64,000 nt of DNA from Chloroflexota bacterium. Its GTDB lineage: Bacteria > Chloroflexota > Dehalococcoidia > GIF9 > UBA5629. How positions within the stretch are numbered: the stretch's first letter is position 1; the number at the start of each line of letters is the position of its first letter. The stretch lies in the NCBI GenBank assembly GCA_016865855.1, contig VGNX01000005.1, positions 165 through 64,164 on the forward strand, written 5' to 3'. Shown here piece by piece: positions 53,067 through 62,247 of the stretch. Under the pieces are notes generated by a model. It did not search any database, had not been told where the DNA came from, and saw nothing but the letters and a program-made list of their open reading frames with translations. Position numbers and translations under genes: made by a program.

Positions 53067-54509
53067 CTAGGCACGTATCGGCGTTGCCTTCCAAGCATAG
53101 CCATAAACACCAGTGGGTTCATCCACATATCTTCTGCGGAAGGCCATCTCCACCGGCATGCCCACTTTAACTGAATCAAGGTCACAGTCCGTAAAGTCAA
53201 ACCAGAATCTGCCTCCTCCTTCAAAATCGACGAATCCGTAGATTGCCGGCGGGTCAATGCTGGCAGCCAAATTATCACCAGTATAGGTAAAAACGACACC
53301 CTTCTTGTCTGAAAAACGGTAGTCTTCCATCTGGTCAACGGCTCCACAATCAGGATTTACACACACTCTCTGGAACGGATATTGTGGCGTGCCACACTTT
53401 TTGCATTTCGAGCCACAAAGCGACAAAATTGCCTTCCGCTCTCTGAAAAGCGCGGACATCGGAGTGCGAAGACTCATTTCGCCACGCATGCCCATATCCA
53501 TCGGAGCCAAATTGCGGAAGGCAAGATACTTCTCATAGCTAGCGAGCTCCTTTTTTAAGGCCAAATGCTTTTTCACCCCACGCCTATCCCCAACCTTCTT
53601 GATGTTTTCAGTCACGTGGAAGAACAGAGCATCGCTACCATTACCAAAGCTAGCGACCAAAATCTTGTCTCCAGGCTTGGCATCTTCAAGTGAAGCCACC
53701 AACATCATCAAAGGCGAAGCCGCCCCCGTATCTCCCACCTTGTCGAGCAACGTATCCTGAATCTGACCCGGCTCAGCACCTAATCGTTTGAGTATGGCAG
53801 CATGTTCTCTAACATAAATACCCGGAAATATGATTTTGGCAAAGTCCTTGATGTTCAAATTATATTTCTTCAGCAGCCCGGAAATCGCTTCGGGTATCAT
53901 TTTGGCATAACCTTCATCCCGAATAAATCTGTCTTCCCAGGCGTGTTCAAATTCTTCTGCACTTGTTTTCCAGCGGTCAGGGAAATCATAGGAAACAGAA
54001 TAGGAACCCTCGAAAGTAGCAATCACCCCATCATCCGCCAGCAACAAGGCCGCCGCACCATCACCATACAGATGTTCCTGAGGGCCACCAGGCTTGCTTA
54101 ACCGACAGTCAGAGGCACAGACCAGGATATTGCTTGAAGTGCCTCCCTTTACAGCATCAAAAGCAGAGACGAGAGCACTGGTACCTGCCTTGCTAGAGCC
54201 GATGAAGTCAGCAGTTCTCATATTGGACTGAAGGTCGAGAGCAACAGCTACTATTGCCGAATTTTGTCTCAGCATATACGGCTGACTGGTAGTAGCAAGA
54301 TATAAGCCATCTATCTCTTCTCTTTTCAGGCCATTTATGCAATCAATCCCGGCAGCCACCGCCATGCTGAGAGTATCCTCATCATGATTGGCAACTGACT
54401 TCTCACCCGGTGTGGGAAATGTACCCAGAAAACCTACCGCTCCGAAGATAGTATTGTGGTTCATTCGATACCGTGGGATGTAAGCGCCGTATGATTTAAT
54501 ACCTACCAT
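53067..54509 (-). CDS. HMG-CoA-synthase-like (PhlA-like) domain fused to a DUF35 Zn-ribbon/OB-fold
   Basis: GI.SYGAYIPRYR, DEDT..MAV.A, GDGAAA, VG.TG.A, SFG.G.DA; C-terminal C..CGTPQYP.QRVC...C and OB-fold; catalytic Cys position reads GSSKAGT. Confidence 0.85.
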   Translation of the reverse strand: MVGIKSYGAYIPRYRMNHNTIFGAVGFLGTFPTPGEKSVANHDEDTLSMAVAAGIDCINGLKREEIDGLYLATTSQPYMLRQNSAIVAVALDLQSNMRTADFIGSSKAGTSALVSAFDAVKGGTSSNILVCASDCRLSKPGGPQEHLYGDGAAALLLADDGVIATFEGSYSVSYDFPDRWKTSAEEFEHAWEDRFIRDEGYAKMIPEAISGLLKKYNLNIKDFAKIIFPGIYVREHAAILKRLGAEPGQIQDTLLDKVGDTGAASPLMMLVASLEDAKPGDKILVASFGNGSDALFFHVTENIKKVGDRRGVKKHLALKKELASYEKYLAFRNLAPMDMGMRGEMSLRTPMSALFRERKAILSLCGSKCKKCGTPQYPFQRVCVNPDCGAVDQMEDYRFSDKKGVVFTYTGDNLAASIDPPAIYGFVDFEGGGRFWFDFTDCDLDSVKVGMPVEMAFRRRYVDEPTGVYGYAWKATPIRA

Positions 54510-54546
54510 TAACTAACCTCCTATGATAGCATTTTGGGCCGAATGG

Positions 54547-54575
54547 ACTATAACATAGACTTTATTCCCTGTCAA
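54547..54575 (-). promoter_or_regulatory. Promoter of the HMGS-like/thiolase operon
   Basis: Minus strand TTGACA-17 bp-TATAGT with an extended TG. Confidence 0.6.
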
Positions 54576-54577
54576 AC

Positions 54578-54604
54578 CTTGACCAATAGCTTGACCAATA
54601 GCTT
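54578..54604. repeat. 12-bp tandem direct repeat CTTGACCAATAG x2
   Basis: Directly abuts the -35 box of the leftward promoter. Confidence 0.6.
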
Positions 54605-54706
54605 TTCTGAAATAAATCGCACAAATTAAATTCCTTTCTTGCTGATATATACCACTAGTGAACATGGGGGTCGGTAAAAATAGAAAACAACGTTAGCCTG
54701 CGGTAC

Positions 54707-54758
54707 TTGACAAATAAGACCAATCATTTTACAATGTGCACAAAATAATTGTGCACAA
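54707..54758 (+). promoter_or_regulatory. Promoter plus OhrR/MarR-type operator
   Basis: TTGACA-17 bp-TACAAT followed by two TGTGCACA palindromes (54735-54742, 54750-54757) forming TGCACAA-N5-TTGTGCA. Confidence 0.65.
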
Positions 54759-54777
54759 AGAAATAGGAGTAGCAAAC

Positions 54778-55200
54778 ATGTATGACGCCAGAAAGCATAT
54801 CTGTTTCAACTTAGGTCGAGTTATGCGCCGTGTGTACGACTACTACGAAAAGCGACTATCTCCATTCGGACTGACACCACCACAGTACTTTGTGTTCAAC
54901 GCCTTATGGATGGGCGACGGCATCACCATCGGTGAGCTTGGAGACAGAGTCTCATTGGACAGCTCGACACTTACCGGCATTATCGACAGGATGGAGAAGA
55001 GCGGCTATGTGGAACGTAAGCCAAACCCCGACGACAGAAGGTCAGCATTAGTATTCCTTACCGAAAAGGCAAAAGAACTAGGATCTCGCATTTTGGAGTT
55101 CGCTGACGAGTTAGACACGACCTTAAAACAGCCATTCTCCAAAAAGGACATGGCTACCTTTGAAAAGGTTCTCAGAGCCCTAGGAGAGGCAAGCGCTTGA
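54778..55200 (+). CDS. MarR-family regulator, OhrR-like
   Basis: HICFNL, L..FGLT..QY.V, LDSSTLT...DR.E..G.V.R....DDRR; start at ATG 54778 after AGGAG. Confidence 0.85.
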   Translation: MYDARKHICFNLGRVMRRVYDYYEKRLSPFGLTPPQYFVFNALWMGDGITIGELGDRVSLDSSTLTGIIDRMEKSGYVERKPNPDDRRSALVFLTEKAKELGSRILEFADELDTTLKQPFSKKDMATFEKVLRALGEASA

Positions 55201-55235
55201 ACACAGAAGTAGGAAATGAATTGAGAAGGAGGACT

Positions 55236-56177
55236 ATGAAAAAAACTAAATTGTGCGAATTTTTAGGAATCGAGCACCCCATCATTCTGGGCGCAATGGG
55301 AGGTATCTCCACTGGCAAATTAGCCGCAGCTGTATCTAACGCAGGCGCCCTTGGTTCAGTAGCCACAGCCTTTATCTCCGTTGAAGAGGCTCGGCGTGAA
55401 ATTCAAGAATGCAAACGCCTCACTGCTAAACCATTTGCGGTCAATTGCCCGCTTTTCAGGCCAGATGTCACTGAAATGCTGGATGCCATTGTGGAAGAGG
55501 GTGTCAGTATAATCTCCACATCAGCAGGCAGCCCAGACAGATGGACAGAAAAAATCAAAGGCTCAGGAGCAAAATGGCTGCACGTGGTATCTAATGTAAG
55601 AGGCGCAGTAAGGGCAGCCGCTGCTGGAGTGGATGTAGTCATCGCTGAAGGTACCGAATCAGGGGGGATTGCCTCCAGAGACGAAATCACAACTATGGTG
55701 CTAATACCCCAGGTTGTAGACGCAGTGAAAGTGCCAGTCGTGGCAGCAGGCGGCATAGCTGATGCTCGAGGGTTTCTGGCTGCTTTGGCATTAGGAGCTC
55801 AGGGAGTTCAAATGGGTACTGCTTTTCTGGCTACCAAAGAATGCGACCGGGTAAGCGATACTTACAAACAAGTGCTGCTTAACGCCTCAGATATTGCTAC
55901 TGGGCTAGCTACTCGTAAGGCATATCCTGTAAGGATAATCAAGAACAAACTCTTCGACACCCTTCAGCACCTGGATGAAGAAGGCAAGTCACGGGAGGAG
56001 ATACAAATGATGCTCGCTCCAAAGATGATGAACCTGTCCCAGGAGAACGACCCTGAGAACGGACTCTACGTTGCAGGACAGGTAGCAGGGCTGATCAATG
56101 AGATAAAGACGGTGAAGGAACTGATTGAAGGCATCGTCACAGAGTCTGAGAGGCTTTATCGTAGCCTGGCAGGTTAG
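55236..56177 (+). CDS. Nitronate monooxygenase/FabK-like FMN oxidoreductase
   Basis: LAAAVSNAG.LG, EG.E.GG, PV.AAGGI.D.RG..AA.ALGA.GVQMGT.F, AGQ.AG.I; start at ATG 55236. Confidence 0.88.
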   Translation: MKKTKLCEFLGIEHPIILGAMGGISTGKLAAAVSNAGALGSVATAFISVEEARREIQECKRLTAKPFAVNCPLFRPDVTEMLDAIVEEGVSIISTSAGSPDRWTEKIKGSGAKWLHVVSNVRGAVRAAAAGVDVVIAEGTESGGIASRDEITTMVLIPQVVDAVKVPVVAAGGIADARGFLAALALGAQGVQMGTAFLATKECDRVSDTYKQVLLNASDIATGLATRKAYPVRIIKNKLFDTLQHLDEEGKSREEIQMMLAPKMMNLSQENDPENGLYVAGQVAGLINEIKTVKELIEGIVTESERLYRSLAG

Positions 56178-56249
56178 ATCTCATGTAGAGCACAATGACG
56201 TGACCCCTATATACTATATATAAGGTAAAGAAAAAAGGAGGAAATTAAA

Positions 56250-57464
56250 ATGTCCAAGCCAAGAAAGCCAAAGAAGGAGATTACCGTAGCCGAGCAAGAA
56301 GTTTACCGACGTTTTATGGACTGGCTGAAGCAAACGTGGTACGGTCTGCCTGAGGCGGATGAACTCATGCCCTTAATTATAGCTACCTATACCCCAGAAG
56401 AGGCCTCCCTGCTAACTGGTATGCCCTTTTCGGGCAGAAATCTCGAGGAACTGGCTGAAATAAAACAGATGGACCCTGCCGAACTACGCAAACGGCTTGA
56501 TGCGATGGCTAGAAAGGGCCTCGTCTTTCGCACCGTTAGAGGCGACACTGTCCGCTACAGCCTCAATGATTCAATGTTCGTGACTTTTCGGAGCACCTTC
56601 TGGCCCGGACGCACCAACGAGCGAAGCAAGGCTATCGCACCTGTTGCTAATCAATACTATTACCACGGTGCCTGGGACCAGTATAAGCACACACACCTGA
56701 AGGGCCTACGGGCATTGCCCATTACAGCGACGATAGAGGACACCCGCCAAATTTTGCCCTATGAAGAAGTGGTCAAGGTACTGAAGCAGCACGACTATTT
56801 TACTGTTTCCATCTGCCCATGCAAGCACCGCAAAAACATCGACCCGAACTTTCCCAATTGTAAATATCCCACCGAGGTCTGCCTCCACTTTGGCAGGCTC
56901 GGCCACTATATTGTCGAAAATGGTTTAGGTCGTGAAATCACCCGCCAGGAGACCGAGGAAATTCTGCGCCAGTGCGCTGAAGCCGGTTTGGTACACGGAG
57001 TCTCAAACATGCAGGAGGGGCCAGACACCATCTGCAATTGCGACCCATGCTGCTGCATTATGCTCGAGGCGTTCCACAAACTGAAGCATGCAGAGGGTAT
57101 GACCCCGTCCAACTACCGGGTCCGCACTAACCGTGAGACTTGCATTGGCTGCGGCCTCTGTGTCAAGCGGTGCCCCATGGAAGCGCTGCATCTCGAAGAC
57201 TTACCAGAGGCCAAAGGCAGGATTACTGTGGTAGTCGAGACCGGAAGCAGCAAGAAAGAGCTGAAAAACAAAAGTGGCAAGGTGTCGGTGGCCAATACCG
57301 ACATATGTATCGGATGTGGTGTTTGCGCCTACAAATGCCCCACAAAGTCGCTGCTCCTTGAGCGTAGGGAGATTATCAAACATCCGCCGAAGGATGTGCG
57401 CGAATATATGACGTTACTCACAGCAGATTTTGCCGCTGCCCATGTCCAACGAGAAAGGGGGTAA
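56250..57464 (+). CDS. Multi-Fe-S protein (wHTH-like N-terminus, Cys-rich middle, 2x[4Fe-4S] ferredoxin domain), paralog 1
   Basis: CPCKH...C....EVCL.F, GLVH...N, ICNC..CCC, two CxxCxxCxxxCP motifs. Confidence 0.8.
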   Translation: MSKPRKPKKEITVAEQEVYRRFMDWLKQTWYGLPEADELMPLIIATYTPEEASLLTGMPFSGRNLEELAEIKQMDPAELRKRLDAMARKGLVFRTVRGDTVRYSLNDSMFVTFRSTFWPGRTNERSKAIAPVANQYYYHGAWDQYKHTHLKGLRALPITATIEDTRQILPYEEVVKVLKQHDYFTVSICPCKHRKNIDPNFPNCKYPTEVCLHFGRLGHYIVENGLGREITRQETEEILRQCAEAGLVHGVSNMQEGPDTICNCDPCCCIMLEAFHKLKHAEGMTPSNYRVRTNRETCIGCGLCVKRCPMEALHLEDLPEAKGRITVVVETGSSKKELKNKSGKVSVANTDICIGCGVCAYKCPTKSLLLERREIIKHPPKDVREYMTLLTADFAAAHVQRERG

Positions 57465-57565
57465 AGCATATATTTATGTATGTACGCTAGGTGAATAAAG
57501 CCTTACACCATTGATTTGAAGCTGACAAACCAAACAATAATAACTAAATAAAGGAGGAAAATGAT

Positions 57566-58744
57566 ATGTCTGAGCAGGAGATTTACAAGCGTTTTATCGA
57601 CTGGATGAAACAAACGTGGTACGGTCTGCCCGAGGCAGATGAAATGGAACCGTTCATCATGGCCCTCTACACACCTGAAGAGGCATCATTATTGACAGGC
57701 ATGCCTTTTGGGGGTAAAAGTCTCTAGGAGCTTGCCCAGATGAAACAGACGGACCCCGCTCAGTTGAGCCAGCAATTAGATGCATTAGCCAAAAAAGGCT
57801 TCGTCTTCCGCGTTGTCAAAGGTGATACCGTGCGCTACAGTCTAAACGATGCCTTTTTCACTCAGCGCACTACTTTCTGGCCCGGGCGCAAAGACGAGCG
57901 CAGCAAAACCCTGGCACCTCTGGCGAACCAATACTATTATCACGGCTTCTTTGACCCGTATGCCGAGGTGAATACAAAAGGACTAAGGGCACTGCCCATC
58001 GAAGGCACCATCGAGGACACGCGGGAAATATTGCCCTACGAAGAAGTCACCAAAGTGCTGGATTCCCAAGATTATTTCACTGTCACAACCTGCCCTTGCA
58101 AACATCGAAAAAACCTCGACCCTGATTTTCCGAATTGCGAGCACCCAACTGAGGTTTGCCTGCACTTTGGCAGGCTTGGCCACTATATTGTCGAAAATGG
58201 TCTGGGACGTGAAATCACCCGTCGCGAAGCCGAAGATATACTACACCAATGTGCTGAAGTAGGGCTAGTTCACGGAATAGCTAACCAGCAGGAAGGTGTA
58301 GATACCATCTGCAACTGCTGCAAATGCTGCTGCATATGGTTCGAGGCATTCTACAAATTAAAACATTCTATGAGCATGAGTCCGTCAAACTACCACATCC
58401 GCATCAACTCGCAGACTTGCATCGGTTGCGGTTTATGTGTCAAGCGCTGCCCCATGGAAGCATTGCATCTGGAGGATCTCCCAGAAGCCAAGGGCAGAGT
58501 TACCGTAGTGGCATCAGAGAAAGAGGGTAAGAAGGAGCTTAAGAACAAGATTGGCAAGGTATCGGTAGTCAACCCTGACTTCTGTATCGGCTGTGGCGTG
58601 TGCGCCTATAAATGCCAGACAAAGTCGCTCGTGCTGGAACGCCGTGAAGTTATCCAATATCCGCCGCAGACCGGACGTGACTATGTTATGCAGTTCATCG
58701 CTGAACGACAGGCTGCCCAAGCTCATCCTGAACAGCAGAGATAA
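57566..58744 (+). CDS. Multi-Fe-S protein paralog 2, interrupted by one in-frame TAG (57725-57727)
   Basis: RBS AAGGAGG; MSEQEIYKRFIDWMKQTWYGLPEADE...GMPFGGKSL*ELAQMKQTDP aligns with paralog 1 (GRNLEELAEIKQMDP) and stays in frame with ORF 57740..58744. Confidence 0.75.
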
Positions 58745-58828
58745 CGTCAAGAGAGCAGAATGAAGGTGAACAAGGAGTAAATATAGCGGTACGATTAATA
58801 ACAGAATAATGGATTAAGGAAGGCAAGG

Positions 58829-59887
58829 ATGAACATAGATATTTATGAAAAACTAGCCAATGCTCTGGATTTACTGCCCACAGGTTATCCCCTGACCAAG
58901 TCAGGGACTGAGCTACAAATCCTTAGGAAACTATTTTCACCAGAAGAAGCGTCTGTAGCAAGCAACATGACCGGCACTAGTGAGACGGTAGAGACCATAG
59001 CAAAACGAGCCAGCCTCTCACAAGAAGAAGCTGAACGAAGACTTGAGGCTATGCTACGCAGGGATATAATCTGGAGTTCTGCAAAGGATGGGGTGCGAAA
59101 ATTCCGATTGGCTCCGTATGTAGTCGGTTTCTATGAACAACAATCAGAGACACTAGACCATGAATTGGCTCACCTCTTCGAGCGCTACTGGATGGAAGGA
59201 GGTGGTGAAGGGATAATGCGCTATGGTCCCGATACACACCGCGTCGACCCAGCACACCGAGCGCTTGAGAAAACCGAGGTAATCCTTCCCTACAATGATG
59301 TTAGAAAATTGATGTTGCAAGCAAAATCTTTCCAGGTACGCAACTGCATCTGCAGGAGACAGCAGGAGTTACTAGACGCTAAGAAATGCGATTTCCCGGT
59401 AAGAAACTGCCTTTCCTTCTTCCCGGTGGAACTGCCTGATGGACCGAACACCATCACACAGGAAGAAGCTCTCAAGCTGCTAGACGAAGCTGAAGAAATA
59501 GGCATGGTTCACTGCGTAGCCAATCAGCAAAATGGGCTTTACTGGGTATGCAACTGCTGCGGATGCTGCTGCGCTGTGCTAAGGGGAATCATCGAATTCG
59601 GCATCGAGAATTCGAGTGTGACGGCAAATTACTATGCAGTCATTGACCCCAAAATATGCAAGGGCTGTAGAACATGTGAGGACCGCTGCCACATGAATGC
59701 GGTCTCTGTAAACGATATATCAACAATTGACCGGGCAAAGTGCATCGGTTGTGGTGTCTGCGTCACCGGATGTCCCAACGAAGCTTTAAGTCTTGAGCTG
59801 AGACCTGATGCTGAAATAATAACCCCACCTGATAACTACAAGGCATGGGAACAAGCACGGCTACACAATCGTGGACTACTGAAATAA
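58829..59887 (+). CDS. Multi-Fe-S protein paralog 3
   Basis: Y.KLA..LD.LP.GYP.T.SG.E..IL..LF.PEEA, C.CR......C......CL.F, VCNCC.CCC, two ferredoxin motifs. Confidence 0.8.
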   Translation: MNIDIYEKLANALDLLPTGYPLTKSGTELQILRKLFSPEEASVASNMTGTSETVETIAKRASLSQEEAERRLEAMLRRDIIWSSAKDGVRKFRLAPYVVGFYEQQSETLDHELAHLFERYWMEGGGEGIMRYGPDTHRVDPAHRALEKTEVILPYNDVRKLMLQAKSFQVRNCICRRQQELLDAKKCDFPVRNCLSFFPVELPDGPNTITQEEALKLLDEAEEIGMVHCVANQQNGLYWVCNCCGCCCAVLRGIIEFGIENSSVTANYYAVIDPKICKGCRTCEDRCHMNAVSVNDISTIDRAKCIGCGVCVTGCPNEALSLELRPDAEIITPPDNYKAWEQARLHNRGLLK

Positions 59888-59899
59888 GGTGAAACTGCT

Positions 59900-61033
59900 A
59901 TGTCACTAAGCGAAGACATAAAGGATTTTGCCCTGGATTTGGGTTACAGTAAAGTTGGCATTACTACTGCAGAAAGTTTTCCTGACTATATCGCTGAACT
60001 CAACTCGCGACGTGACATGTACGGCTGGTACATCGACAGCACCTTTCAGCCGCTCATAGGCGCTGACCCAAAGAGCGCCATGACAACGGCCAAATCCATC
60101 ATCGCGCTAGTACTTGATATCTCCAAGGAGTCTTTTCCCGAAAAACTCCTGGGCAAGATAGGCCGTCATTACTTAGCAAGGTGCTATCTCACCCCACGCC
60201 ACCGTATCAACGGGGCACGACGGCAGTTGATGCGGGAATTCCTGGAGGAAAATGGCTGTCACGTAGCCGAGCGTTTGGTCCTCCCAGAGCGGCTAGCTGC
60301 AGCCCGGGCTGGAATTGTCACCTATGGTAAAAATACCTTCGTCTTCGCTGATGGTATAGGGTCATTCATCCTCATTACCGCATTTGTAGTCGATGTTGAA
60401 CTTGACTACGATGAACCTACCCTAAAAGTCAAGTGCCCACCTAAATGCACTGCTTGCATCGAAGCCTGCCCCACGGGGTCACTCTACCAATCTATGAAGA
60501 TGGACCCCCGCCGTTGCATCGCCTTCAATACCTTTATGGCTCAAGATAATTACCCCGGAGGTGTCACCAGCTACATACCACCTGACATAAGGGAGAAGAT
60601 GGGCACTTGGATTCACGGCTGCGATATCTGTCAAGAAGTATGCCCCCGAACCCAGAAGAGGTTAAAGGCAAAGCTGCCCCAGAACGAGTTTTTAGCCAAA
60701 ATGGCGCAAGACTTTGAGCTCACCAGGCTTTTGAACCTGACTGATGAGTACTACATCAAGAGAGTTCAACCGCTGATGTATAACTATATCAGGCACAAGA
60801 AATACTTCCAGAGAAACGCCGCAATTGCCCTGGGAAATATTGGCGACCCCGCTTACATCCCTGACCTCGCCCAGGCGATACAGGATCCGGAAGAGCTAGT
60901 GCGCGGCTATGCTGCCTGGGCTCTGGGTAAAATCGGAGGCAACCAGGCAAGGCAGATACTGGAGGCCAGCCTGACACATGAAACATCCGAGTTTGCCAAG
61001 AAAGAAACTGAAGCCGCCCTGGCTGGTATCTAA
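59900..61033 (+). CDS. QueG-superfamily (cobalamin/Fe-S) reductase with C-terminal HEAT repeats, non-canonical
   Basis: R.AA.RAG...YGKN, C..C..C...CP, C....T, GCD.CQ.VCP, RNAAIALGN, VR..AAWALG; the canonical DYH and VDT motifs are not recognisable. Confidence 0.7.
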   Translation: MSLSEDIKDFALDLGYSKVGITTAESFPDYIAELNSRRDMYGWYIDSTFQPLIGADPKSAMTTAKSIIALVLDISKESFPEKLLGKIGRHYLARCYLTPRHRINGARRQLMREFLEENGCHVAERLVLPERLAAARAGIVTYGKNTFVFADGIGSFILITAFVVDVELDYDEPTLKVKCPPKCTACIEACPTGSLYQSMKMDPRRCIAFNTFMAQDNYPGGVTSYIPPDIREKMGTWIHGCDICQEVCPRTQKRLKAKLPQNEFLAKMAQDFELTRLLNLTDEYYIKRVQPLMYNYIRHKKYFQRNAAIALGNIGDPAYIPDLAQAIQDPEELVRGYAAWALGKIGGNQARQILEASLTHETSEFAKKETEAALAGI

Positions 61034-61128
61034 GCCAGCGAGCTATCAAATTATCACTTGTGCGTTTCGACAGATGTGCTATCATAGGTGGCAGACCACG
61101 ACCAGAGTCGTTCTGAAGGAGGTAGACA

Positions 61129-62022
61129 ATGGTTGTTACTAGCATTACTAGGCTGACACGTGAGATAAAGGAACTCGCGAGGGACAAAGGAGCTGAGATC
61201 TAGTCGGAATCGCACCGGTGAGCCGCTTTCAAGAAGCTCCAGAGAACCGCTACCCCAGGTTTTATATTCCACAAGCCCAAACTTGTAGTGGTGGTAGCTA
61301 TGCGAGTGCCCCTGGGTATCTTACGCAGCGTAGCTCGCAGGAGGGAAGTTTATACATACCAAGGTTATGCATTGAAAACCATTAACACCGAACTTGACAT
61401 GATAGCCTTCCAACTGGCCAATTTCATTGAGAGGCAGGGCTATGAAGCCTGCCCTATACCGGCTAATGCCCCCAGAGACCCCTTGTTCCGCTGAGGGATC
61501 AGCCATCGCCATGCTGCCGTGGCTGCTGGGATGGGCGAGTTGGGTCAACACCAACTCCTGCTCACCCCGGAACTAGGTGGCAGACAAAAACTGGTGAGCA
61601 TCATCACTTATGCCCCTCTAGAGCCTGATCCGCTGGTCAAATACCAGATCTGTGACCACTGCAACATGTGTGTCAACATCTGCCCTACCCAGGCAATAGC
61701 CGCAGACAGATTTGATACCTTCCACATGGACGGGATGGAATTGACAACTGGGCATTTGACTAAGTGGCGATGCATCTTCGGCTGCGGTGGTTTAGTCAGC
61801 AAGGGAACCTTCGCCATGACAGAATTCACCTTGCCGAAGAGCCGACCAAGCACCGAGGAGATGTTCAGTTACCTTGCCCGGAAACACCCAGCTCAGGCTT
61901 ATTTAGAGCGCGAGGTCGGCGCACAGCCAGCCTGGTACGCCAAATGCTATGCTGTCTGTGCCGTTCACCTCTACAAAAAGAAAGACGACAAGTCACTTTC
62001 CTCTGAAGAAAAAGACAATTAA
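61129..62022 (+). pseudogene. QueG/reductive-dehalogenase-superfamily pseudogene
   Basis: RBS AAGGAGG; ..EIKELARDKGA(+2)DLVGIAPVSRF..(+1)KLVVVVAMR..PIPA..PLFR*GISHRHAAVAAGMGELG..CDHCNMCVNICP; two frameshifts and an in-frame TGA (61492-61494). Confidence 0.75.
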
Positions 62023-62138
62023 ATTGCCTAACACATCCCCAACTTCGTCCTGGGTGGCTAATCGTTCAACACCTCTCAAAGAACACCTTTCCCCCTCACT
62101 TGTAGGCAACAAAAGTTCCAGCAAAGTTACATGCAGGC

Positions 62139-62167
62139 TTGACAGTTAAAAGCCGCAAGCATACTAT
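62139..62167 (+). promoter_or_regulatory. sigma70 promoter of the acyl-CoA ligase
   Basis: TTGACA-17 bp-TACTAT. Confidence 0.5.
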
Positions 62168-62247
62168 GAATCTCCAAAACAATTAAGGCCTGAAACAGCC
62201 TTATTGCCAGCTAAAAGTGTAAATGTGGACTTGAAGAAGGGAGAACC

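Noticed and set aside
53067-54509. Mevalonate-pathway HMG-CoA synthase
   Set aside because: Catalytic Cys absent, no HMG-CoA reductase nearby, and the neighbours are catabolic
59900-62022. Respiratory reductive dehalogenase (rdhA)
   Set aside because: No Tat signal peptide, no rdhB anchor gene, and the architecture is QueG-like
14434-62022. Genome-wide stop-codon reassignment explaining the internal stops
   Set aside because: TAG and TGA end many intact genes at the expected positions, and two of the three disrupted genes also have frameshifts
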